Shown here: in pieces, positions 52,387 through 62,867 of the stretch
How positions within the stretch are numbered: the stretch's first letter is position 1
How the letters are laid out: the number at the start of each line of letters is the position of its first letter
DNA from: Coxiellales bacterium
Lineage (GTDB): Bacteria > Pseudomonadota > Gammaproteobacteria > CBDETP01
Length of the DNA: 64,000 bases
Reading direction: 5' to 3'
Assembly (NCBI GenBank): GCA_965242995.1
Contig: CBDETP010000003.1
Coordinates: forward strand, 83,304 to 147,303
Position numbers and translations under genes: made by a program
The notes under the pieces: model-generated
The model's input: the letters and a program-made list of their open reading frames with translations, nothing else
The model's database searches: none
Told to the model about the DNA's origin: nothing

Positions 52387-53564
52387 CTTCTAAGAAGGAA
52401 CATATTGACATAGAGTTGTTGAAAGTATTAGATTCAGTTTTACCTCAGTCTATAACAAGGCCAATTGCTCTGCACGAGCCGGCATTTTTTGGCAATGAGT
52501 TAAAGTATGTCACTGAATGCATTGAAACCGGTTGGGTATCATCTGTTGGCAAGTATGTTGATTTAATCGAAGAAAAGCTTTGTGCAATTACAGGTGCTAA
52601 ATTTGCTATTGCAGTTGTCAATGGCACTGCGGCTTTGCATCTTGCCTATATCATGGCAGGCGTCAAACTAGGCGATGAAGTCCTTGTGCCAGCCCTTACT
52701 TTTATTGCGACGGCCAATGCGGTAGCTTACTGCGGCGCGACACCTCACTTTGTAGATTCCAGTGAAAATGACTTAGGCGTTTGTCCAATCAAATTAGATG
52801 TATACTTGTCTGAGATTTCTGAAGTTCAAGATGGTGTGTGTGTTAATAAAAACACCGGAAAAGTTATACGTGCTTTATGTGTCACACATATTTTTGGTTT
52901 GCCAGCTCAGCTAAAACCATTAAAAGCAGTTTGTGATAAATATAAGATTGCCTTGATTGAAGATGCTGCCGAGGCATTAGGTTCCTATTATCAGGGTGAG
53001 CATGTAGGCCACTATGGACTATGCGGCATTATCAGTTTCAATGGTAATAAAATAACAACCACTGGCGGTGGCGGCGCACTATTAACCGATGATCCTGAGC
53101 TTGCAAAACGGGCAAAGCATTTATCAACCACAGCAAAAATACCTGCAGAAAGCTGGGAATATCGCTACGATGCTATTGGCTATAATTATCGCATGCCAAA
53201 TATCAATGCAGCTCTTGGTTGTGCACAGCTAGACAATTTGCCTATTATGCTAGAGAAAAAGCGTGAATTAGCTGGTAGATACAGAGAGTCAATTTTAAAA
53301 ATAAAAGGCATCGAATTTATTTCCGAGTCAGAAGACACTCAAAGTAACTATTGGCTTAACGCTGTGAAATGTGATTTCCAAAGTATTGAAGAAAGAAATG
53401 CTTGCCTGAAAATATTAAATTCTCAAGGCTATGGCTGTAGGCCCGTTTGGGATTTGCTGTGTGAGCAGAATGTTTATCAAGGCAATCCGAAAATGAATTT
53501 AGAAGCTGCTAAAGTACTCGCTACAAATGTTATTAATTTGCCAAGTAGCTATTTGCTGAGTTAA
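52383..53564 (+). CDS. DegT-family aminotransferase (LegC/PglE-like)
   Basis: PLP sugar aminotransferase; 4-nt overlap with the upstream gene. Confidence 0.7.
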   Translation: MTSKKEHIDIELLKVLDSVLPQSITRPIALHEPAFFGNELKYVTECIETGWVSSVGKYVDLIEEKLCAITGAKFAIAVVNGTAALHLAYIMAGVKLGDEVLVPALTFIATANAVAYCGATPHFVDSSENDLGVCPIKLDVYLSEISEVQDGVCVNKNTGKVIRALCVTHIFGLPAQLKPLKAVCDKYKIALIEDAAEALGSYYQGEHVGHYGLCGIISFNGNKITTTGGGGALLTDDPELAKRAKHLSTTAKIPAESWEYRYDAIGYNYRMPNINAALGCAQLDNLPIMLEKKRELAGRYRESILKIKGIEFISESEDTQSNYWLNAVKCDFQSIEERNACLKILNSQGYGCRPVWDLLCEQNVYQGNPKMNLEAAKVLATNVINLPSSYLLS

Positions 53565-53576
53565 GTGATTTAAACA

Positions 53577-54761
53577 GTGTCAAATGTTAAAAGAAAAATC
53601 GCAGTTGTAACCGGCAGTAGAGCCGATTATGGCCTTCTGTACTGGCTATTACATGAGATAAAACAAGATCCAGTGTTAGAGTTGCAAGTAATCGTAACCG
53701 GCATGCATTTGTCATCAGAGTTTGGCAACACTTATAAAGAAATAGAAAAAGATGGGTTTGAAATTACTTGTAAAGTAGATTCATTAATATCTTCAGATTC
53801 ATCTATTGCCATTACTAAATCTGTGGGTTTGGGTGTGATTGGATTTGCCGATGCTTATGCCGCATGCAATCCAGATATAATTGTTTTATTGGGCGATCGT
53901 CACGAAATATTAGCTGCCGGCATGGCCGCGTTGACGATGAGAATTCCAATGGCTCATATTCATGGTGGTGAAACAACGCCAGCGATGTTAGATGATCCAA
54001 TAAGGCACTGTTTAACTAAAATAGCACATTTGCATTTTCCTGCTGCAGATGGCTATGCAAAACGTATATGTCAGCTTGGCGAAGAAAAAAAACGAATTTT
54101 TTGTTTCGGCGGGCCAGGGCTTGACCACTTAGAACGCTTGGAGCTGTCAAGTAAATCAGAGTTAGAGCAAGATTTAGAAGTTGATTTATCCAAACCATTT
54201 TTTGTGATTACCTATCATCCTGTGACTTTGCAAGCTGGATCCATTGTAGAGCATTACCATTCTTTGCTAGAAGCTTTGAATGAGTTTGTAGATTATACAT
54301 TAATTTTTACCTGCTCGAATGCTGATCATGAAGGGCGTGAAGTTTTTAGTATTTTAAATGAATATAAAGCTAATAGCTCTAGAAAAAACATACACGTATT
54401 TACGAGCCTTGGGTTCAAGCGATATATTTCTTTAGTGCGATTTGCTAGTGCAGTGATTGGAAATTCATCAAGTGGATTAATAGAGGTCCCACATTTGGGC
54501 GTGCCGACAGTTAACATCGGTGATAGACAAAAATCCAGGCTAAAAGCAAACACGGTTATAGACTGTAAAAATTATTCAGCATCAATTTCTTCAGCTATAA
54601 AAAAAGCTTTATCTTCTGATTTTAAAAAATATTTATCTAAAGTTAAGTCGCCTTATAAAAAAGGCAATGTATCTTTTCAGATAAAAGAAGCACTCAAATC
54701 ATATTCTTTAGATTCAATTTTAGAGAAAAATTTCATAGATATGGATATTGAAAATGTATAA
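53577..54761 (+). CDS. neuC: UDP/GDP-N-acetylglucosamine 2-epimerase (hydrolysing), NeuC/LegG-like
   Basis: N-terminus KIAVVTGSRADYG and the HGGE motif are typical of NeuC. Confidence 0.8.
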   Translation: MSNVKRKIAVVTGSRADYGLLYWLLHEIKQDPVLELQVIVTGMHLSSEFGNTYKEIEKDGFEITCKVDSLISSDSSIAITKSVGLGVIGFADAYAACNPDIIVLLGDRHEILAAGMAALTMRIPMAHIHGGETTPAMLDDPIRHCLTKIAHLHFPAADGYAKRICQLGEEKKRIFCFGGPGLDHLERLELSSKSELEQDLEVDLSKPFFVITYHPVTLQAGSIVEHYHSLLEALNEFVDYTLIFTCSNADHEGREVFSILNEYKANSSRKNIHVFTSLGFKRYISLVRFASAVIGNSSSGLIEVPHLGVPTVNIGDRQKSRLKANTVIDCKNYSASISSAIKKALSSDFKKYLSKVKSPYKKGNVSFQIKEALKSYSLDSILEKNFIDMDIENV

Positions 54762-55839
54762 TACCTTGGATGGAAAAACATTTATTATTGCAGAAGCAGG
54801 TGTTAACCATAATGGTTCGCTTGATTTAGCAAAGCAGTTAGTTGATGTTGCGGTAAACGCAGATGCTGATGCGGTTAAGTTTCAGACTTTTAAAGCAGAA
54901 AGTTTGGTAACAAAATCTGCGGTGCAAGCTGAGTATCAAACAGTCAATACTGGTGTAAGAGAAAGTCAGTACGATATGCTCAAGCGTCTTGAGTTAAGTT
55001 TTGATGATTTTATTGAGCTGAAAAATTATTGTGATTCTAAAAATATTGAGTTTATGACAACTGCTTTTGATCATGAAAGTTTACATTTTATTGTAAAGGA
55101 CTTAGGTGTTAAGCGCTTTAAAATACCATCAGGTGATATTACGAATGGGCCTTTAATTTTGGAGCATGCTAAATACAAGCTCCCCATTATTCTATCGACA
55201 GGAATGGCGACACTTGCTGAGATTGAAACTGCACTTGGGGTCATCGCATTTGGGTTGTTGCGTCGAGAAAATCCTTCATTAAAGGCATTCGAGGCAGCTT
55301 ATTATTCTGATGAAGGACAGACTATACTAAAAGAGTATGTTACTGTTTTGCATTGTACGTCTCAATATCCGGCGCCGTTTAATGAGGTTAATTTGCGCTG
55401 CATGAAGACGTTTAAAACAGCATTTAGCCTACCTTCAGGTTATTCAGATCATACTAACGGTATAGCTATACCAGTTGCAGCTACTGCTATGGGGGCAGCT
55501 GTTATAGAAAAACACTTCACTTTAGATAAAACTATGGAGGGCCCTGATCACAAAGCATCGTTGGACCCTACTGAACTAAAGCAAATGATCTCCAGCATTC
55601 GTCAAGTTGAAATGGCAATGGGTGATGGAGTTAAAAAACCCACTGTTTCTGAGTTAAAAACTAGAGGTGTTGCTAGAAAGTCCTTAGTTGCTGCGTGTGA
55701 TATTAAGAAGGGTGAAAACTATAAATCAAAACTTGCGGTTAAAAGACCGGGTACAGGAATGTCACCGATGCGATATTGGGAAGTTCAAGAAAGAATTGCA
55801 ATAAAAGCTATGAATGAAGGTGAGCTCATTGAAGACTAA
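54748..55839 (+). CDS. neuB: N-acetylneuraminate/legionaminic acid synthase (NeuB/LegI-like)
   Basis: IIAEAGVNHNG motif, a TIM barrel and a C-terminal SAF domain. Confidence 0.85.
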   Translation: MKMYNTLDGKTFIIAEAGVNHNGSLDLAKQLVDVAVNADADAVKFQTFKAESLVTKSAVQAEYQTVNTGVRESQYDMLKRLELSFDDFIELKNYCDSKNIEFMTTAFDHESLHFIVKDLGVKRFKIPSGDITNGPLILEHAKYKLPIILSTGMATLAEIETALGVIAFGLLRRENPSLKAFEAAYYSDEGQTILKEYVTVLHCTSQYPAPFNEVNLRCMKTFKTAFSLPSGYSDHTNGIAIPVAATAMGAAVIEKHFTLDKTMEGPDHKASLDPTELKQMISSIRQVEMAMGDGVKKPTVSELKTRGVARKSLVAACDIKKGENYKSKLAVKRPGTGMSPMRYWEVQERIAIKAMNEGELIED

Positions 55840-56413
55840 TGCAAAACCTGTTTTATTGTTAGGCCTTGGTGGTCATGCAAAAGTCTTGATTAATATTCTA
55901 AGACTTACTGGGCACGATATTAAAGGAGCTTTGTCCCCAGACCCATTGGGTACAGCAGTGTTGGGTGTGCCTGTTATAGGTAATGACAGTGATTTAGAGA
56001 GCTTCAGTCCAAATGATATCGAGCTAGTGAATGCATTAGGTCATTTGCCAAATAATAATACTCGCGAAATGTTGTTTAAGCTAGGTAAAAAAATTGGCTT
56101 TACTTTTGCAAATGTGATCCATCCGAGTGCAATTATTGCTAATGATGTGAAACTTGGTGAAGGTGTGCAAGTTATGGCTGGCACTATACTAGAGCCGGCT
56201 GTTGAAATTGGTGATAACTCGATTGTGAATACTGGGGCAAGTATTAATCATGATACAATAATAGGTGAGCATTCACATATAGCGCCAGGTGTTGTGGTTT
56301 GTGGTGGAGCTAATATTGGTAGTGGCGTATTTGTCGGTGCTGCCTCATCGTTAATGCCAGGTGCTATTGTCAATGATAATGCTTTTATAAAAGCCAATGA
56401 GCTTGTGAAGTAA
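55814..56413 (+). CDS. hexapeptide-repeat sugar N-acetyltransferase (PglD/NeuD/LegH-like)
   Basis: N-terminal Rossmann-like LLGLGGHAKV plus left-handed beta-helix repeats. Confidence 0.65.
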   Translation: MKVSSLKTNAKPVLLLGLGGHAKVLINILRLTGHDIKGALSPDPLGTAVLGVPVIGNDSDLESFSPNDIELVNALGHLPNNNTREMLFKLGKKIGFTFANVIHPSAIIANDVKLGEGVQVMAGTILEPAVEIGDNSIVNTGASINHDTIIGEHSHIAPGVVVCGGANIGSGVFVGAASSLMPGAIVNDNAFIKANELVK

Positions 56414-56445
56414 GGTAAATTAACTATCCCAGATGAGTAAATTTG

Positions 56446-57492
56446 ATGAACGATAAGAATTGTATTTCAGAAAAAATCACCATTAAAGAAGCTATTTCAA
56501 CGTTAGATGCAGTTGAAAAGAAGATACTTGTTGTGTTAAATGATGCTAAGAAAGTTGAAGGAACAATTACAGATGGTGATATACGACGTAGTTTGTTAAG
56601 CGGGCTCGGGTTAGATTCAACTGTTTTTGATGTTATGAATAAAGCGCCCATTCTTATGCATGAGAAAGAAAGTGAGGCCAAAATTATTGAGAAAATGGAG
56701 CAAGAATTGATTTTTTACGTTCCACTTGTAAATAATAATGACGAGTTCATTGATTTGGTTTCATTAATCAGTCTAAAAGAAAACCTGTATAGTGATTACG
56801 GTGTTTTTATTCTAGCAGGTGGCTTAGGGTCTAGGTTAAAGGATCTTACGCAAGATACACCAAAACCGATGCTACCTATTAATGGAAGGCCAATGCTGGA
56901 ACGATTAATTTTATCTTTCAAGGAACAAGGGTTTCACAAATTCTATCTCGCGGTAAATTATTTTAAAGAGCAGATTATAGATCATTTTGGCGATGGTGCT
57001 GACTATGGTGTTGATATTAGATATATGGAAGAGGACAAGCGCCTGGGTACAGCAGGGCCTTTGTCGTTACTCGATAAGGATTTAGTGGAAACTGACTTGA
57101 TCATTATCAATGCCGATGTATGCATTAAGACTAATTATCGAGCATTGGTTAATTATCATAAAAAACAAAAAAACATGTTGACAGTCTCTGTGAAAGAATA
57201 TTCACATAAAATACCTTATGGTGTAATACGTTTTGATGGTGATGAATATGTTTCAATGGAAGAAAAGCCAGTTATATCCTATTATGTTAATGCGGGTATT
57301 TATGTGGTTAATAAAAGTATACTGGGTCAGATAAAAGAAAATGCATATTTAGACATGCCTGATTATGTTGATCAAGTCAAATCAGGTGGAAGTAAGACCG
57401 GAGTTTATCCGCTACATGAAGATTGGCTCGATGTTGGTGCTATTAAAGATTATAACGTCGCAAATAACCTAAAAGCTGATGATTTAAAATGA
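56446..57492 (+). CDS. CBS-domain sugar-phosphate nucleotidyltransferase (PtmE-like)
   Basis: Tandem CBS region followed by a nucleotidyltransferase GxGxR motif (LAGGLGSRLK). Confidence 0.65.
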   Translation: MNDKNCISEKITIKEAISTLDAVEKKILVVLNDAKKVEGTITDGDIRRSLLSGLGLDSTVFDVMNKAPILMHEKESEAKIIEKMEQELIFYVPLVNNNDEFIDLVSLISLKENLYSDYGVFILAGGLGSRLKDLTQDTPKPMLPINGRPMLERLILSFKEQGFHKFYLAVNYFKEQIIDHFGDGADYGVDIRYMEEDKRLGTAGPLSLLDKDLVETDLIIINADVCIKTNYRALVNYHKKQKNMLTVSVKEYSHKIPYGVIRFDGDEYVSMEEKPVISYYVNAGIYVVNKSILGQIKENAYLDMPDYVDQVKSGGSKTGVYPLHEDWLDVGAIKDYNVANNLKADDLK

Positions 57493-58394
57493 AAGTTCTA
57501 TTAATTGGTTATGGTTCAATTGGTCGAAAGCATTATAAAGTACTGGATAGCCTAAAAAAGCAGATTGAATCAATTGACATTGTTACTAAACAAAGTTTAA
57601 CAGGCGACTTTATTACATATAAAATGTTAGAGGATGTGCCAAATTTAAATATTTATGATTATTTTATTATAGCATCTGAAACAGTTAAGCATTATGTGCA
57701 ACTAAAGTTTTTGTGTGCACGCGTCAAGAATAAAAAAATACTGGTAGAAAAACCATTGTTTGAAAAGATTCATTCAAAACTAAATTTAAATCAAAATCAG
57801 GTTTTTGTTGCTTATAACTTGCGATTTCATCCTATCATTCAAAAAATAAAAAAACTAATGCTGCGCGAAAAATGCCTAAGCGTACATATTTATTGTGGGC
57901 AATATCTACCAACTTGGCGTCAAGGTGTTGATTACCGACAATCGTATAGCGCATCAAAAGAGCAAGGTGGTGGCGTGCTTCGTGATTTGAGTCATGAGTT
58001 GGATTATATGTCTTGGCTGTTTGGAGATTTAGATGAGTATTTTTTTATTAATGAGAAGATATCAGGTTTAGAGATAACGTCAGATGATACTTATCATTGT
58101 ATTGGTAAAACTAAAGCAGGTGTTATTGTTGATTTGTCGATAGATTATATTAGCAAAAAACCAATAAGAACTATCATGATACACTTCGAGGATTTGTCTT
58201 TATATTCAGATTTAATTGCAAGTACTCTAGAGTGTGTAGATAAAGATGGCATCAGTACCATGCATAGTTTTGAAAAATCACCAATGATACCCTATCAGAA
58301 AATGCATCATGACATACTGTCAGATCAAGAGTATATGTGCACTTATAAAGAAGGTTTAAAAACACTAGAAGTTTTCCCATTGGATCATCAATAG
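57489..58394 (+). CDS. Gfo/Idh/MocA-family oxidoreductase (PtmF-like)
   Basis: N-terminal Rossmann fold (LLIGYGSIGRKH); 4-nt overlap with the upstream gene. Confidence 0.55.
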   Translation: MKVLLIGYGSIGRKHYKVLDSLKKQIESIDIVTKQSLTGDFITYKMLEDVPNLNIYDYFIIASETVKHYVQLKFLCARVKNKKILVEKPLFEKIHSKLNLNQNQVFVAYNLRFHPIIQKIKKLMLREKCLSVHIYCGQYLPTWRQGVDYRQSYSASKEQGGGVLRDLSHELDYMSWLFGDLDEYFFINEKISGLEITSDDTYHCIGKTKAGVIVDLSIDYISKKPIRTIMIHFEDLSLYSDLIASTLECVDKDGISTMHSFEKSPMIPYQKMHHDILSDQEYMCTYKEGLKTLEVFPLDHQ

Positions 58395-58410
58395 CTTTAA
58401 GGAATTATAA

Positions 58411-59121
58411 ATGGACCATAAAACAAATGTCCTATGCACTATATGTGCAAGGGGGGGGTCAAAAGGTGTGCCTAAAAAGAACATTAGAGAAGTTAATGGT
58501 AAGCCATTGATTGCTTATAGTATCGAGCAGGCGTTAGAGTCAAGTTTATTTGATCATGTGGTGGTTAGTACGGATTGCGATGATATTGCTAACATTGCTA
58601 AACAATATGGTGCTGAAGTGTTTTTCAAAAGGTCTAATGAGCTAGCTTCAGATGATTCTGGTAAATTACCGGTTATTAGAGATGCGTTCATACGTTCTGA
58701 AAAACAGTTTAATAAGAAGTTTGTTATATTGGTTGATATTGATGCAACGTCGCCGCTAAGGACTGTTGATGATATAAAAGAGTCAGTTAATCAATTTATT
58801 CAAAATAATAATAGTAATTTAATTTCTGCTTGCTTGAGTCATCGAAGTCCGTATTTTAATCTTATTGAAGAAGATAAAACGGGTAAGATTGGTTTGTCTA
58901 AGTCTTTGTCGGGGGCGGTATTAAGAAGACAAGATGCTCCAAAAACCTATGATATGAATGCTTCTATCTATGTTTGGAAAAGAGATGCTATATTGCATCA
59001 AGATTCACTTTTTTTAGATGATACAGGTTTGTATGTTATGCCTGCCTCTAGGTCTTTCGATATTGACTCAGAGTTGGATTTTAAAATCGTTAGTTTTTTA
59101 TTAAAGACAAATGGCAATTGA
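58411..59121 (+). CDS. neuA: CMP-N-acylneuraminate/legionaminate cytidylyltransferase (NeuA/LegF-like)
   Basis: ICARGGSKGVPKKN motif typical of CMP-sugar synthetases. Confidence 0.8.
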   Translation: MDHKTNVLCTICARGGSKGVPKKNIREVNGKPLIAYSIEQALESSLFDHVVVSTDCDDIANIAKQYGAEVFFKRSNELASDDSGKLPVIRDAFIRSEKQFNKKFVILVDIDATSPLRTVDDIKESVNQFIQNNNSNLISACLSHRSPYFNLIEEDKTGKIGLSKSLSGAVLRRQDAPKTYDMNASIYVWKRDAILHQDSLFLDDTGLYVMPASRSFDIDSELDFKIVSFLLKTNGN

Positions 59122-59144
59122 AGACACTAAGGAATTAAAGGCAT

Positions 59145-59921
59145 ATGAGACAACTGGAAAATAAAATTATATTTATAAGTGGTGCAGCCGGTTTGATAGG
59201 AAAGGGTTTTGTAGAAGCTGTTATTAAAGAGGGTGGAGTTGCGATCATTGCAGATATTGATATAGATAAAGCTAACCAATTACATCATGACCTGATTAAT
59301 AAATATGGTGAATCTAACTCATATGCTGTTTATTTGGATATTAATAATTTATCTAGCATTACAAGTGCTATCAATATGGTAAGCAAAAAATATGGAAAAA
59401 TTGATGCAATAGTAAACAATGCTTATCCGAGAAATAAACAGTATGGATGTGATTTTTTAGATGTCGATTTGAAAGATTTTAATGAGAATGTTTCGTTACA
59501 TTTGGGAGGTTATTTCCTTATGTGCCAACAATTTATAAAATTTTTTCAAACTCAAGGTTTTGGGAATATTATAAATATGGCTTCTATTTATGGATGTATA
59601 GCTCCAAAATTTGAAGTCTACGATGACTCTTCTATGACGATGCCTGTCGAATATGCTGCTATCAAATCTGCTATCATCCATTTAACTAAATATATAGCTA
59701 AATATGTCAAAGACCATAAAATCAGATTAAATTGCCTCAGTCCAGGTGGTATTTTAGATGGCCAGCCTAAATCTTTTTTGTCCAAATACAACGCTCAATG
59801 TGTCAACAAGGGGATGTTGGGTGTTGAAGATTTGCTGCCAACTCTTATATTTTTGTTATCAGATGGTAGCACCACTATTACAGGACAAAATATTGTGGTT
59901 GATGATGGATTTTGCTTGTAA
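59145..59921 (+). CDS. short-chain dehydrogenase/reductase (PtmA-like)
   Basis: SDR motif TGAAGLIGKG with a YxxxK active site. Confidence 0.65.
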   Translation: MRQLENKIIFISGAAGLIGKGFVEAVIKEGGVAIIADIDIDKANQLHHDLINKYGESNSYAVYLDINNLSSITSAINMVSKKYGKIDAIVNNAYPRNKQYGCDFLDVDLKDFNENVSLHLGGYFLMCQQFIKFFQTQGFGNIINMASIYGCIAPKFEVYDDSSMTMPVEYAAIKSAIIHLTKYIAKYVKDHKIRLNCLSPGGILDGQPKSFLSKYNAQCVNKGMLGVEDLLPTLIFLLSDGSTTITGQNIVVDDGFCL

Positions 59922-60177
59922 TTATTAAATTGTCATATCACTATCTGTTTGTTATGATAGCTTTAATATATTTCAATTTTATTTATTATTGGCTCTAGTA
60001 TTGCTTTGCTAGATTCCAAGTTGAAATTGGTAACCGTCTCTCGGCGCTGTGCCATACTTATACATATATACAAAAATAAAAAAGTTATCAGAGTTCAATG
60101 CTTAATGTAAATCGTCTATAAGTAAGATACATTTTCAATGCCAGACACATTTTTATTTGTAAAAAAAGGAGGAAAAA

Positions 60178-61494
60178 ATGATAAAATATCCATCACAGGT
60201 TGATTTAAATGCTTATAAAGTAGATGCTACTGATTTGGAAGCGAAGTATGGTTTACCATCTGATGTTCAATATTGTAAAAAATGTGTTATTTCTAACCAA
60301 AGACCTAACTCAGCTGTTGAATATAAACATAAAAAAGGTTCGCTAAAAAAATCTATTAATTTTGATGAAAATGGAATTTGTGATGCTTGTCGATTGGCTG
60401 ATCAAAAGCATAATAGTATTTCTTGGAAAGATCGAGAAAAACAACTCAAAGAGCTTTGTGATAAATATCGTAAAAATGATGGCAGTTATGATTGTTTAGT
60501 GCCAGGTTCTGGTGGTAAAGATAGTGTTTATGCGGCACATATATTGAAATACAAATATAACATGAATCCATTGACAGTCACTTGGGCGCCACATTTGTAT
60601 ACCACATGGGGGTGGGCAAATCATCAAGCATGGATACAATCTGGCTTTGATAATTATTTGATGACACCTAATGGATTAGTACATCGTCTTTTAACCAGAT
60701 TGTCAGTGGAGAATCTATTGCACCCATTTCAAGCCTTCATGATTGGTCAAAAAGCTTTAGCACCTAAAATGGCAAAATTATTTAATATTCCTTTGGTGTT
60801 TTATGGTGAAAATGAAGCTGAATATGGCAATCCAATTGCTGATACATCGTCTGCATTACGTGATCCAAAATATTTTTCTATGAGTGATAAGAACGATATT
60901 TATTTAGGCGGAACCAGTGTCGGTGAATTGGTGCAAGATTTTGGTTTAACGCATAATGATCTAGACCCTTATTTTCCTATTACCAGTGGTGATGTGCATG
61001 ACAAAAAAATCGAAGTACATTATTTGGGCTTTTATTTAAAGTGGCATCCACAAAGTTGTTATTATTATGCTGTAGAAAACTGCGGTTTTGTAGCTGCTCC
61101 TGAGCGAACTCCCGGTACGTACAGTAAGTACAATAGCATTGATGATAAAATTGATGACCTTCATTATTATACAACAGGAATTAAATTTGGATTAGGTCGT
61201 GCTACTTACGATGCGGCACAGGAAATACGTTCTTTAGATATTGAGCGTGATGAGGGAGTTGCATTAGTTAACCGCTTTGATCATGAGTTCCCTGAAAGGT
61301 TTATTGACGAATTATTGCAATATTTATCAGTAGATAAAAAGCTGCTACCAAAAGCAGCTAGTTGTTTTGAACAGCCTATAATGGATAGGCAGTATTTTGA
61401 TACTTTATGTGATACATTCCGTTCGCCGCACCTTTGGATGTATGATAATGGTTGGAAATTAAGACATCCTATTACGAATAACACTAAAGGTTAG
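60178..61494 (+). CDS. N-acetyl sugar amidotransferase (PP-loop ATP pyrophosphatase; WbpG/WbuX/PseA family)
   Basis: PP-loop VPGSGGKDS plus an N-terminal Cys cluster. In other systems this family forms the acetimidoyl (acetamidino) group with HisH/HisF paralogues. Confidence 0.7.
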   Translation: MIKYPSQVDLNAYKVDATDLEAKYGLPSDVQYCKKCVISNQRPNSAVEYKHKKGSLKKSINFDENGICDACRLADQKHNSISWKDREKQLKELCDKYRKNDGSYDCLVPGSGGKDSVYAAHILKYKYNMNPLTVTWAPHLYTTWGWANHQAWIQSGFDNYLMTPNGLVHRLLTRLSVENLLHPFQAFMIGQKALAPKMAKLFNIPLVFYGENEAEYGNPIADTSSALRDPKYFSMSDKNDIYLGGTSVGELVQDFGLTHNDLDPYFPITSGDVHDKKIEVHYLGFYLKWHPQSCYYYAVENCGFVAAPERTPGTYSKYNSIDDKIDDLHYYTTGIKFGLGRATYDAAQEIRSLDIERDEGVALVNRFDHEFPERFIDELLQYLSVDKKLLPKAASCFEQPIMDRQYFDTLCDTFRSPHLWMYDNGWKLRHPITNNTKG

Positions 61495-61500
61495 GTTAAA

Positions 61501-62250
61501 ATGAAACCTAGAATAATTGCACGTTTAGATATTAAAGGATCCAACTTAATTAAAGGCATTCATTTAGAAGGATTGCGTAAAATTGGCAATCCTAATGAAT
61601 ATGCTTTGAAATATTACAATCAGGGTGCCGATGGTTTAATTATGATGGATATTGTGGCCAGCCTTTATGGTCGTAATAATTTGCTTCATATCGTAGAAAA
61701 AGCCTGTGAAAATGTTTTTATTCCAATTACCGTGGGTGGTGGTGTGCGTTCACTGGAAGATGTCCAAGCAGCATTGAATTCAGGTGCGGATAAAGTTGCC
61801 ATTAATACTGGCGCTTTAAACAATCCAGAGCTTATCAACGAAGTTGCTAATGATTTTGGTTCACAATGTATGGTTCTTTCTATTGAAGCAAAAAAGACTC
61901 CTGATGGATGGGAATGTTACACAGATAATGGTAGAGAGCGAACAGGTAAAGGGGTGTTAGAGTGGGCAAAAGAAGCAGTTGATAGAGGCGCAGGTGAAAT
62001 ATTACTAACATCTGTCGATCAAGAAGGGACTAAAAAAGGTTTTGATTCTGAGCTAACAAAATTAATTGCAACAGAAGTGAGTGTTCCGGTTATTGCCAGT
62101 GGTGGTTTTGGTGAATTATCGCATTTAACGCAAGTTGTTAATGAAGGTAAAGCAGATGCTATTGCGTTTGCCGATGCTTTACATTACGATCGCTATAATA
62201 TTCAGCAAATAAAAGAGCATATGGAGAATGTAGTCGGGGATAATACATGA
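61501..62250 (+). CDS. HisF-like cyclase subunit paralogue (imidazole glycerol phosphate synthase-like, LPS-associated)
   Basis: HisF (beta/alpha)8 motifs (ARLDIKG..., VGGGVRS). Located in the LPS cluster, not a his operon. Confidence 0.8.
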   Translation: MKPRIIARLDIKGSNLIKGIHLEGLRKIGNPNEYALKYYNQGADGLIMMDIVASLYGRNNLLHIVEKACENVFIPITVGGGVRSLEDVQAALNSGADKVAINTGALNNPELINEVANDFGSQCMVLSIEAKKTPDGWECYTDNGRERTGKGVLEWAKEAVDRGAGEILLTSVDQEGTKKGFDSELTKLIATEVSVPVIASGGFGELSHLTQVVNEGKADAIAFADALHYDRYNIQQIKEHMENVVGDNT

Positions 62251-62861
62251 GTCAATCAATTGTTGGGATATTAAATTATGGCCTCGGAAATTTGTTGAGT
62301 ATCACGAGGGCTTTTGAACAAATTGGTGTTCAGGTGAAGCAAATTACTAAGGCATCTGAGATGGAGCAATGTACGCATTTGGTTTTGCCTGGAGTAGGTG
62401 CATTTGCGAATGGTATGGCTAAATTACAAGCATTTGGCTTTATCGAACCTTTAAAAAAATGGCACAAAGAGAATAAACCCTTACTGGGAATTTGTTTAGG
62501 TATGCAAATGATGTTGTCGACAAGTGAAGAGTTTGGTGAGCATGAAGGTTTGGGATTGATTCCAGGAACAGTTAAGCCACTACAGTCTTTATATAAAAGT
62601 GCCACTTTTCACAAAATTCCTCATATTGGTTGGGTCGATGTTTTTAGTACAAAAACAAAGGAAAACTTAGGTCATTTTTATTTGGTGCACTCCTTTGCTT
62701 GTTTTACAGATAAAATAGAAGATACAGCTGCTATTTACAAGCATAATTATCAAACGATATCTTCTATTATACGCTCAAATAATACAATTGGTGTTCAGTT
62801 TCATCCTGAAAAAAGTAAAAATGACGGCATTTCATTTTTGAAAGATTTTATAGCCTTATAG
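62247..62861 (+). CDS. HisH-like glutamine amidotransferase subunit paralogue
   Basis: Class-I GATase with a catalytic Cys (LGICLGMQ) and a C-terminal H..E. Has a 4-nt overlap with the HisF-like gene. Confidence 0.8.
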   Translation: MSQSIVGILNYGLGNLLSITRAFEQIGVQVKQITKASEMEQCTHLVLPGVGAFANGMAKLQAFGFIEPLKKWHKENKPLLGICLGMQMMLSTSEEFGEHEGLGLIPGTVKPLQSLYKSATFHKIPHIGWVDVFSTKTKENLGHFYLVHSFACFTDKIEDTAAIYKHNYQTISSIIRSNNTIGVQFHPEKSKNDGISFLKDFIAL

Positions 62862-62867
62862 TTAAAT

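Noticed and set aside
61501-62861. hisF/hisH interpreted as histidine biosynthesis genes
   Set aside because: No other his genes are adjacent. They are translationally coupled to an N-acetyl-sugar amidotransferase inside the LPS cluster, which is the WbpG/HisH2/HisF2-type acetimidoylation module.
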